Assembly: GCA_037380845.1 (NCBI GenBank)
Contig: JARRRI010000013.1
Coordinates: forward strand, 1-64,000
Reading direction: 5' to 3'
From: Candidatus Sulfobium sp.
GTDB lineage: Bacteria > Nitrospirota > Thermodesulfovibrionia > Thermodesulfovibrionales > UBA6898
DNA length: 64,000 nt
Below the pieces are notes generated by a model, which had not been told where the DNA came from, did not search any database, and saw only the letters and a list, made by a program, of their open reading frames with translations. Below are positions 40,060 to 48,376 of the stretch, piece by piece. The translations under genes and the position numbers were made by a program. Position 1 is the first letter of the stretch; every line of letters begins with the position of its first letter.

Positions 40060-40317
40060 CTGGACCTCCGCCTTTCTTTCCGGACTGATCGCCGCCGTAC
40101 CGCCTCATAATCAAAGAATAGTCTGTTAAGGGACGCTCTGCAAATATCCGGCCCCGGCAATATCTTAAAACGTTGCCGTTGTAACCTTTCTTTTAATCGC
40201 ATAAACTTGAATTAGAAACCGGCAGAAAAAGTCCTGTCCACTGAAAGGACTGTTGGATTCCCGCAACGGAGATGCGCTTGTGTGCCGGCAGGCCGAGAGC
40301 CGAAAGGAGGCACCCCA

Positions 40318-42450
40318 TTGAAGACGCCCCTAAAGATAATAGTCATAATAGCTGTCGTCATACTGGTCGTAGTGGCAGGCCTCACGGTCTTCGTCAAGTC
40401 CTACCTGACTGACGCTCGCGTACGCACCCTGATCACCCGGACAGCCGAGTCCTCTCTCCACCGGAAGGTCTCCCTGGGTGCGATCTCGGTGAGCATCTTC
40501 AGAGGCATTTCGGTTAAGGATTTCGAGATCAAGGAGAAAGATTCTGATTCGGATTTCGTGAAAGCCGATGCCTTCGTGCTGAAATATCAGCTCCTGCCGC
40601 TCCTCTCACGGAGACTGGTCATCAACCAGTTGGAAATTGAATCGCCCACGATTGTGATCAGGAAGAATTCCGACGGTTCCTACAATTTTTCGGATATGAT
40701 AAGGCGGAAAGGGGAGGCCGCTGCAAAGAAGAAAGATACCGGCGGACTGTCGGGCCTTCCGGTCAGCCTGAGCGTACAGTCGCTCCGGATCGACAAGGCC
40801 CGGCTGGAATACTCCGATCCCGTCGGCACGGTAAAGAAGGCCCTGATCGGACTTGACGCCGGTATTGCGATCGAAGGAAGGTCCAGGCAGGTGATCGCTC
40901 CCTCCGGAAAGGCAAGGATGGAGGTCCTTGAGGTGGTGCTGAAAGACCGTCCCGGGCCGATCACTGATATCCCGGTGTCGCTGCAGTACAGCGCCGAGGT
41001 GGACCTCGCCGGAAAAAAAGTGTATATCCTTGACGCTTCGGTAAAGACACTTGGCGTGCCCGCCACGATCAAGGGTACGGTGAATTATGGCGAACCGCTT
41101 TCTTATGACCTGGAGGTGGGCGCGCCTTCGGTGGACCTCGCAGACGTGGAGAAGGGCGCGGCAGTTTTTCTGCCTTCCGGGATCAGGATCAGCGGCGGCT
41201 TCTCGATGAAGGTGTCTGCCGCGCAGAAAGCGGTGAAAGACGCGAAACCGGTCTTCAGCGGCGAGATAAAACTCGACAGGGTCGCGGTACAGGTGAAGAA
41301 CATGAAACCTGTCTTCAGCGGAACGGTGACCCTCGCGCCGGAGCAGATCGGTTTCAGGTCAATGAAACTCGTAGCGGGGGACAGTTCGGCGGATATCAGC
41401 GGCCGGGTTGCCAACTATTCGACCAATCCCGATATCCGCATGGATGTAACGAGCCCCATGCTTAATCTCGACAGCATCATGCTCCCCCAGGGAAAGGGAG
41501 AGGCAGATGCTCCTGGGGGACGACCGGGAAAAGAGGGGAAGGAGCAGAAGGAGTTCGGGCCCCTGAAGACAAAGATTACGGCCGGAGGAGATGTGGCGAT
41601 CGCCAGGATGCTGTATAAAGGCATTACTGTCCGGAACCTGAAGGCGCACTATACATTCCACAACAATATCTTTACCATTGACCCGCTAACGGGCGACACC
41701 CTCAGCGGCAGCTTCAGGGCGCGGAGCGCCGTGGACCTCTCGAAGAAGGGTATGGCTTATACCATGAATGCCGGGACGGACGGTGTCAAGCTCGAGGAGA
41801 TCACCGCCGCTTTTGCACCGAAGGCGAAGGGCATTCTTTTCGGGAGTTTGTCGGCCCGCGCCGATATCAGCGGAGCGGGCTCAGCGAGCGAGACAATCAA
41901 ACGCAATCTGAAGGGGAAAGGCTCGTTCAGCGTGAAAAACGGCGAGATAAAGAACGCGCCGATAGCTGACGGCCTCCTGGCGCTTCTGGGCCTCCGGAGC
42001 CTGAAGGAGATACCCATCGAGAAGGCTGCCGGCACCTTCAACATATCCGGCGGAGTGATAAACCTGACGAGCGTCATCGCCGGCAAAGACCTCGCCATTG
42101 ACGAAACCGGGACCGTCGGGATGGACCAGAGACTCGACATGGGCATCCTGGTCAAGGTCTCTGACAAACTTTCACCAAAACTGCTGGGCCAGTCCGGAAT
42201 CTCGCAGTTCCTGTCGGAAGAAAAGGGGTGGACCGAAATTCCCCTGAAACTGACCGGGACCGTCGCCAGGCCGTCCTATGGGGTCGATACAACGGCGATC
42301 GGCAAGAGAGCCACGAAGAGCATCCAGAAGAAGGTAGAAGAGGAGATCTTCAAGGCGATCTCGGGAGAAAAGAAGAAGGAACAGCAGCCGACGGCCACAC
42401 CGCAGAAGGGCAGTTCCCCGGAGGACCTGCTTAAGGGGTTTTTCAAGTAG
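40318..42450 (+). CDS. AsmA family protein
   Basis: N-terminal TM anchor; LLPLLSRRLVI...DGSYNFSD; C-terminal IPLKLTGT..RP. Confidence 0.85.
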   Translation: MKTPLKIIVIIAVVILVVVAGLTVFVKSYLTDARVRTLITRTAESSLHRKVSLGAISVSIFRGISVKDFEIKEKDSDSDFVKADAFVLKYQLLPLLSRRLVINQLEIESPTIVIRKNSDGSYNFSDMIRRKGEAAAKKKDTGGLSGLPVSLSVQSLRIDKARLEYSDPVGTVKKALIGLDAGIAIEGRSRQVIAPSGKARMEVLEVVLKDRPGPITDIPVSLQYSAEVDLAGKKVYILDASVKTLGVPATIKGTVNYGEPLSYDLEVGAPSVDLADVEKGAAVFLPSGIRISGGFSMKVSAAQKAVKDAKPVFSGEIKLDRVAVQVKNMKPVFSGTVTLAPEQIGFRSMKLVAGDSSADISGRVANYSTNPDIRMDVTSPMLNLDSIMLPQGKGEADAPGGRPGKEGKEQKEFGPLKTKITAGGDVAIARMLYKGITVRNLKAHYTFHNNIFTIDPLTGDTLSGSFRARSAVDLSKKGMAYTMNAGTDGVKLEEITAAFAPKAKGILFGSLSARADISGAGSASETIKRNLKGKGSFSVKNGEIKNAPIADGLLALLGLRSLKEIPIEKAAGTFNISGGVINLTSVIAGKDLAIDETGTVGMDQRLDMGILVKVSDKLSPKLLGQSGISQFLSEEKGWTEIPLKLTGTVARPSYGVDTTAIGKRATKSIQKKVEEEIFKAISGEKKKEQQPTATPQKGSSPEDLLKGFFK

Positions 42451-42517
42451 CGGACCCCGGCCCGGTGAAGTCTGCCCTCTCCTCCCTTCCCTTCGAGGGA
42501 GGGGATAAGCTGGAAAG

Positions 42518-42547
42518 TTGACAGATGATATCTGGTACTGGTAGTAT
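42518..42547 (+). promoter_or_regulatory. Sigma70 promoter of the arsR-dsrEFH-sqr operon
   Basis: TTGACA-18 nt-TAGTAT with extended TG. Confidence 0.6.
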
Positions 42548-42573
42548 TATTCAAATATTCCAATATTTGAATA
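42548..42573. promoter_or_regulatory. ArsR/SmtB-type 12-2-12 operator
   Basis: TATTCAAATATT-CC-AATATTTGAATA, a perfect inverted repeat between the -10 box and the SD. Confidence 0.85.
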
Positions 42574-42588
42574 GGAGGTTTGGCTTCC

Positions 42589-42930
42589 ATGATTTCTCAA
42601 GCCGACAAGATAGAGGTCCTGAAGGTCATTGCCCACCCCTTAAGGATGCGGATACTCGAGGAACTCAGCAAAGGGGTGAAGTGCGTGAGCGACCTGGAAG
42701 AGTTTTTCGAAATCAGGCAGTCCAATATTTCACAACATCTTTCGCTGCTCAGGCGGCATGGTCTTATCGATTTTTACATTGACGGGAGACTCCGTTGTTA
42801 TTTTCTGAGGGAGCCCTTCATCCCCGATCTGCTGGAATTGCTGAGGAAAGATTACGAGGAGGACCTGCCTGCCCCGGCCTGCTGTCCCGTAACCAGGAGG
42901 GGGAAGTATCCGGGTGACAGGAGGAATTGA
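42589..42930 (+). CDS. ArsR/SmtB family transcriptional repressor
   Basis: LKVIAHPLRMRIL...QSNISQHLSLLR; Cys in KCVSDL, LRCY and C-terminal ACCP. Confidence 0.92.
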   Translation: MISQADKIEVLKVIAHPLRMRILEELSKGVKCVSDLEEFFEIRQSNISQHLSLLRRHGLIDFYIDGRLRCYFLREPFIPDLLELLRKDYEEDLPAPACCPVTRRGKYPGDRRN

Positions 42931-42985
42931 TAAACCTGTATTTGACAATTCAGGGAGCCGCTGTTCTTCCCCGGGAGGAGGAGAA

Positions 42986-43330
42986 ATGAAGAAAGAAATA
43001 GCCTTGTTTTTCTCTACGACACCATATAGTTTCGAAAACACCCACACCATTATGAGGATCGCCGACGCAGCCCTCAAAAAAGGTCATAAAGTCAGGCTCA
43101 TCGCGTCGGGAGACGGGGTTTTTTCGGTCGTGAAAGGCCAGGTGCCCAAGTCTCTCGCCGCGCTGGAAGACCTTGTCGAAAGGGGTCTCAAGGTGGACAT
43201 ATGAACCGGCTGCATGCAGGGTCGCGGTCTTGCGGCTGAAGACTCCATAGAGGGCGGGGAGATGAGTTCCCTGAAAGGTCTCCTGGACGTAATCGGGTCG
43301 AAACCGATATTTTTGAATTTCGGGATATAG
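42986..43330 (+). CDS. dsrE: DsrE/TusD-family sulfurtransferase with in-frame UGA (probable Sec73, UxxC)
   Basis: PYS...A.AAL.KGH.V...DGV motifs; UGA at 43202-43204 read through gives 41 more codons (TGCMQGRG...) ending 6 nt before the next gene. Confidence 0.85.
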
Positions 43331-43336
43331 GAGGAG

Positions 43337-43693
43337 ATGATGGGAGGCATCGGCATTGTCCTTAGAAGATCGCCTTACGGTTCTGTTGAGGCCGCTGAGG
43401 CCATAAGACATGCCCTCGGCGGGATAGGTGAAGGTTTTGACGTAAATCTCATGCTGATGGACGGAGGAGTCGAGGCCGCGCGAAAAAACCAGGACATCTC
43501 AGATACCGAATATCTGAGCGTTGAGGAAGGAATAAGAGACTGCCTGGATATGGGCGTAGCCGTATACGCGGAGAAAATTTCACTTGCAATGGCCGGTCTC
43601 TCTCCCGATAGCGCGGTGGAAGGAGTTGCGGCAGTAGATGAATCGGAGATAGCCGGGATGATTAAAGAGTCGGACACCACGATGATTTTCTAA
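43337..43693 (+). CDS. dsrF: DsrF/TusC-family protein
   Basis: RRSPYGS..A.EA...DGV and C-terminal ESDTTMIF. Confidence 0.8.
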   Translation: MMGGIGIVLRRSPYGSVEAAEAIRHALGGIGEGFDVNLMLMDGGVEAARKNQDISDTEYLSVEEGIRDCLDMGVAVYAEKISLAMAGLSPDSAVEGVAAVDESEIAGMIKESDTTMIF

Positions 43694-43714
43694 TTTAACC
43701 AGTTGGGAGGATGT

Positions 43715-44002
43715 ATGGTAGTCCTTATAAAAAGTTCCCCGGACACTCCTGAAGGACAGAGAGGTGTCAGGATCGCGCGGGATATGTCGGCGGATATAGT
43801 TCTCCTGCAGAACGGAGTCTATTTTATTCAGGGGCAGAGGCTGGAAGACCTGGGAATCTATCGCGCGACATATGTGCTCGAGGATGACAGGAGATTGAGG
43901 GGACTGAAGCAGGCTGATGCCGACAAAAACATAAGAGACATCAGCTATGACGGCCTTGTCGACCTTATGGCGGAAAGCGACAAGGTAACAGGATTGTTTT
44001 AA
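43715..44002 (+). CDS. dsrH: DsrH/TusB-family protein
   Basis: IKSSP, DIVLLQNGVY, YVLEDD..LRG and ISYDGLVDL. Confidence 0.85.
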   Translation: MVVLIKSSPDTPEGQRGVRIARDMSADIVLLQNGVYFIQGQRLEDLGIYRATYVLEDDRRLRGLKQADADKNIRDISYDGLVDLMAESDKVTGLF

Positions 44003-44025
44003 GCAACTATGATGGGGAGGCTGAC

Positions 44026-45213
44026 ATGGCGAAAATACTTGTTTTGGGAGGCTCATTCGGCGGCCTTACCGCCGCGTTTGAACTGAAAAGACTTCTGGGA
44101 AAAAAGTCGGAAGTAACAGTAATGTCCGACGACGACAAATTCGTTTTCGTACCTTCGCTCCCCTGGCTTTCTCTGGGATGGAGAAAAGCCGGGGACATTA
44201 CCCTGCCGGTAAAGTCCATTCTGGAGAAGAGGGGCATATCCTTTCTTCATGAAAAGGCAAAAGGTATAGAACCGGACTCATCCAAGGTAGTTACGGAAAA
44301 AGGAGAGACACCTTACGACTACCTGGTCGTGGCGACCGGTCCCTACCTCGCGTTTGAAGAGGTACCGGGTCTGGGCCCGGAAAGAGGCCATACGGAATGC
44401 ATCTTTACCCTTGACCTGGCGGAGAAGGCGCATAAAGCCTGGGAGAGGTTTCTTGAAGAGCCCGGGCCCTTGGTCACAGGCTCTGTCCAGGGGGCCAGCT
44501 GCCTCGGGCCTCCCTATGAATACGCCTTTGAGGTAGACGGCGTCCTCCGGGAGCGGAAAATCAGGCACAAGGTTCCGATGGTATTCGTTACCTCAGAGCC
44601 CTATATCGGGCATTTCGGCATAGGGGGATTGAGAAATTCAAAGAGGTTGATGGAAGATGAATTCGCAAGGAGAGACATCAAGGTCGTCGCAAACGCGGTC
44701 ATCGAGGAGTTTACGCCGACGGAAGTGAAGCTGAAGGACGGCACGAATATCCCCTTCAAACTTGCCATGTTAGGCCCGGCGTTGAAAGGAGTGCCTGCCG
44801 TAGCCGACATCGGAAACCCGAGGGCCTTTATTCCGGTTGACGGCAAATATCGGCATGCGAAGTACAAAAACATCTTCAGCGTCGGCGTTGCCGTTGCGAT
44901 GGCGCCTCCTGAAAAAACGCCCGTGCCGACCGGCGTTCCGAAGACCGGGCATATGACGGTGACGATGGCAAAATCCGCCTCACGGGTCGTCGCCTCCGAC
45001 ATAACGGGCGGTGACGTACCTGAAGAAGAACCTTTGGGAGTCAAGTGTCTGATGGATATGGGCAACACAGCGGCGTACATGAGGGCAGATCCCGTTCTTC
45101 CGCCCAGGGAAGAGTCGGTCTTCGAGGAAGGCAGGCGTTTCCGGTGGGCGAAACTCGCATTCGAAAAATATTTCCTGTGGAAGATGAGAAACGGATTGAG
45201 TAACCTCCCCTAG
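44026..45213 (+). CDS. sqr: Sulfide:quinone oxidoreductase
   Basis: GGSFGG, YDYLVVATG, SCLGPPYE, PKTG, CLMDMG and C-terminal KLAFEKYFLWK helix. Confidence 0.85.
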   Translation: MAKILVLGGSFGGLTAAFELKRLLGKKSEVTVMSDDDKFVFVPSLPWLSLGWRKAGDITLPVKSILEKRGISFLHEKAKGIEPDSSKVVTEKGETPYDYLVVATGPYLAFEEVPGLGPERGHTECIFTLDLAEKAHKAWERFLEEPGPLVTGSVQGASCLGPPYEYAFEVDGVLRERKIRHKVPMVFVTSEPYIGHFGIGGLRNSKRLMEDEFARRDIKVVANAVIEEFTPTEVKLKDGTNIPFKLAMLGPALKGVPAVADIGNPRAFIPVDGKYRHAKYKNIFSVGVAVAMAPPEKTPVPTGVPKTGHMTVTMAKSASRVVASDITGGDVPEEEPLGVKCLMDMGNTAAYMRADPVLPPREESVFEEGRRFRWAKLAFEKYFLWKMRNGLSNLP

Positions 45214-45325
45214 CCCGGCGCCGGATGTGGCATCCGGGATTAAAGTATGGTATCATGTCCTACCCGGCAGACCGGGGCATTCTTTGTTTATTTCAAGGCC
45301 CTGAAGGGGCCCGGAGGTGGGGCTT

Positions 45326-45757
45326 ATGAAGGTAAAGGAGTTGCTGGGGACCAAGGGGAAAGACGTGGTCTCCATCGATGATCACTACACGGTAGAGGAC
45401 GCCATCACGTCGATGAACGCCAGGAAGATCAGTGCGCTTATGGTAAACGACAAGGGCAAGGCAGTCGGCATCTTCACGGAAAGGGACGTGGTAAGGTCTT
45501 ACATGGTCAACGCGGGTAAGAGCTTCAAGGAAATCTCTATAAAGGACGCGATGACGACTGACTTGATGGTTGCCGAAATGGAAGATGACATCAGCGACGT
45601 TATGGCGATCATGGTCGAAAAGAATATCAGGCATCTCCCGGTGATCGAGGACGGACAGGTTATCGGCATGCTTTCCATAAGGGACATCGTGCAGACCCAC
45701 GTGGGAAAACTTACATCAGAGATTCATTATCTCAAGGACTACATTACGGGATACTGA
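45326..45757 (+). CDS. CBS-pair protein
   Basis: GIFTERDV, IRHLPV and GMLSIRDIV. Confidence 0.9.
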   Translation: MKVKELLGTKGKDVVSIDDHYTVEDAITSMNARKISALMVNDKGKAVGIFTERDVVRSYMVNAGKSFKEISIKDAMTTDLMVAEMEDDISDVMAIMVEKNIRHLPVIEDGQVIGMLSIRDIVQTHVGKLTSEIHYLKDYITGY

Positions 45758-46133
45758 GAAGAGCCGATAGATTTATCGAACCCCCGGGCCGGCGATTTAT
45801 CCGGCAGCAGTTTTCTTCAGTCCCCCCTTATCTGGGCGGATTCTTTTTGCGCGTTGCTGAATCAGGACTTTGCCTGGGCGTGAATGCCAAAGACGGGGGC
45901 CCTCTCCTGCCTGCCCCCCCTGAAGCCCATCGCTTATTGCTCAGAATTCTTCACATTTTTTTCATATCTAACTAATAGAATAAAAGGGATAGGAGCCGGG
46001 CAGAACACCTTATTATTCCATCCGCAGTTTCTGGATAAATGCCGTCGCGGTACATCAGTTTACAACGCCTCCGGATTTAGGGCGCGGCCCCGGCCGTCCG
46101 GAAAAATGATAAAATATAATAGGTTTATAAAAT

Positions 46134-46607
46134 ATGCTTATGAATGATAAACTCGACGAAATTATAGGAAGATACAGGGAAAAAAAGGGGAATATAATAT
46201 TCCTCCTGCAGGAAACCCAGGCCGCCTTCGGTTTTATACCGAGGGAAGCAGTCAATTTCTTCTCCGAAGAACTCGGCATCGCCCCCAGCCGCTTTTTCGG
46301 CATCGCCACGTTTTACTCCCAGTTCCGGCTCCACCCCGCCGGGAAAAACAGGATAACCGCCTGCTGCGGGACGGCCTGTCACGTCAAGGGCTCCGAGAAG
46401 ATAATCAGAAGTCTGAGGCGTGAGCTCCAGCTGCCCGAGGGGAACGACACAACAGCCGACGGGGAGTTCACACTTGAAGAGGTGGCCTGTCTCGGCACGT
46501 GCAGTTTCGCACCGGTCGTCCTTGTAAACGGAGACGTCCGCGGCAGGGCCAGTGCACAGAAAGTCACGAGGGAGATAGGTTCACTGAGGAAGAAGAATGA
46601 GGGATAA
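46134..46607 (+). CDS. NuoE/HydC-like 2Fe-2S subunit of formate dehydrogenase
   Basis: ATFYSQF, CGTACHVKG and CLGTC. Confidence 0.92.
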   Translation: MLMNDKLDEIIGRYREKKGNIIFLLQETQAAFGFIPREAVNFFSEELGIAPSRFFGIATFYSQFRLHPAGKNRITACCGTACHVKGSEKIIRSLRRELQLPEGNDTTADGEFTLEEVACLGTCSFAPVVLVNGDVRGRASAQKVTREIGSLRKKNEG

Positions 46608-48375
46608 GACGGTGATAAGGGTCTGCATGGGCCCGGCGGGCATAGCGGCAGGCGGCAAGGCCGTCCTCGAGGCGTTCAGGAGAGCCTTGTCGGAGGCTTC
46701 CGCAGAGGCAGACGTTGTGGAGAACTGTTCCTCGCACCAGGTGGGTTGCCTGGGACTCTGCGCACGGGACGTGCTGGTTGAGGTCCTGATGAACGGCGTG
46801 AAAACAGTCTATCAGTATGTGAAGCCCAATATTGTGGAGAGGATAGTGAAGGAGCACATCGTCGGGGGTATGCCCGTAGAGGAATGGAAAATCGACGACG
46901 CCTATGATTCCTTTTACGGAAAGCAGGTCAAGGTGGTGCTTCAAGACTGCGGCAGGGTCGATCCGGAGGATATCGAGTCGTACATCGGCATCGGCGGGTA
47001 TGAGGCGGTCCGCAGGGTACTTTACGCCTGGACGCCGGACGACGTGATCGGGGAGATAAAGTCTTCGGGCCTGAGGGGCCGCGGCGGCGCCGGATTTCCA
47101 ACGGGTCTTAAGTGGGAACTCGGGAGGAGAAGCAGCGGCGATGTCAAGTACATCATCTGCAATGCCGATGAAGGTGACCCCGGCGCCTTCATGGACAGGG
47201 CGGTCATAGAAGGGAACCCCCATTCGGTAATAGAGGGCATGATCATCGGCGCCTACGCCGTAGGGGCCCATAAGGGATACGTCTACATCAGGGCCGAATA
47301 TCCTCTGGCCGTAGAGAGGCTGCAGCTCGCGCTGGAGCAGGCGTCCCGGAAAGGCTTTCTGGGAAGCAGCGTCTTCGGCAGCTATTTCGATTTCGACATC
47401 GAGATCAAGCTGGGGGCGGGTGCCTTCGTATGCGGGGAAGAGACGGCTCTCATCGCGTCGATAGAAGGACAGAGAGGCATGCCGAGGTCGAAGCCGCCAT
47501 TCCCGGTCAACAAGGGATTATGGCAGAGGCCTACAGTAATCAACAACGTCGAGACCCTGGCAAACATAGCGTCCATCATCAGCCACGGGGCCGGCTGGTA
47601 CTCCTCTTACGGAACGGAGCGCTCCCGGGGGACGAAGGTCTTCGCCCTCACCGGGAAGATAAAGAATACGGGCCTCATAGAGGTCCCGATGGGCATTAGC
47701 ATGAGGGAGATAATCTACGATATAGGCGGAGGCATCGACGGAGACGGGGCGTTGAAGGCGGTGCAGACCGGCGGCCCCTCGGGAGGATGCATACCGGCCG
47801 GCATGGCCGACCTCAGTGTCGACTACGAGTCTCTCTCCAGGGCCGGTTCCATCGTGGGTTCGGGGGGGATGATCGTGCTCGACGAAAACGATTGCATGGT
47901 CAACATGGCAAAGTATTTCGTACAGTTCACACAGGCCGAATCGTGCGGAAAGTGTGTACCCTGCCGGGTGGGGACGAAGAGGCTGCTTGAGATCCTGGAC
48001 CGCATCACAAAAGGGCAGGGGAGGGAGGGCGATATCGAGCGCCTGGAGAGGCTGAGCAGGGGGGTGAAGGTCACTTCGCTCTGCGGGCTCGGCCAGACCG
48101 CGCCGAACCCGGTCCTCAGCAACCTCCGGTATTTCAGGGATGAATTCGAGGCGCATATCAGGGACAGGAAGTGCCCTGCAGGGGTATGCAGGGAACTCCT
48201 CACCTATCGCATCGTGGAAGAATCCTGCACCGGATGCGGCGCATGCCTGAGGGCCTGCCCCGCGGGCGCCATCAGCGGTGAAAAGAAGAAGCCGCACGTC
48301 ATAGACCCCGACATATGCATCAGGTGCGGGGCCTGTTTCGACGTGTGCAAATTTAAGTCGGTGGAGAAAGATTAG
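46597..48375 (+). CDS. NuoF/HydB-like FMN/NADH subunit with N-terminal 2Fe-2S-like and C-terminal 2x4Fe-4S domains
   Basis: GRGGAGFPTG, NADEGDPGAFMDR, GEETAL, GGPSGG, ESCGKCVPCR and two CxxCxxCxxxC. Confidence 0.93.
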   Translation: MRDKTVIRVCMGPAGIAAGGKAVLEAFRRALSEASAEADVVENCSSHQVGCLGLCARDVLVEVLMNGVKTVYQYVKPNIVERIVKEHIVGGMPVEEWKIDDAYDSFYGKQVKVVLQDCGRVDPEDIESYIGIGGYEAVRRVLYAWTPDDVIGEIKSSGLRGRGGAGFPTGLKWELGRRSSGDVKYIICNADEGDPGAFMDRAVIEGNPHSVIEGMIIGAYAVGAHKGYVYIRAEYPLAVERLQLALEQASRKGFLGSSVFGSYFDFDIEIKLGAGAFVCGEETALIASIEGQRGMPRSKPPFPVNKGLWQRPTVINNVETLANIASIISHGAGWYSSYGTERSRGTKVFALTGKIKNTGLIEVPMGISMREIIYDIGGGIDGDGALKAVQTGGPSGGCIPAGMADLSVDYESLSRAGSIVGSGGMIVLDENDCMVNMAKYFVQFTQAESCGKCVPCRVGTKRLLEILDRITKGQGREGDIERLERLSRGVKVTSLCGLGQTAPNPVLSNLRYFRDEFEAHIRDRKCPAGVCRELLTYRIVEESCTGCGACLRACPAGAISGEKKKPHVIDPDICIRCGACFDVCKFKSVEKD

Positions 48376-48376
48376 G

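Noticed and set aside
46134..48375. Respiratory complex I nuoEF
   Set aside because: No other nuo genes; the genes are contiguous with fdhA and have HydB-type extra Fe-S domains
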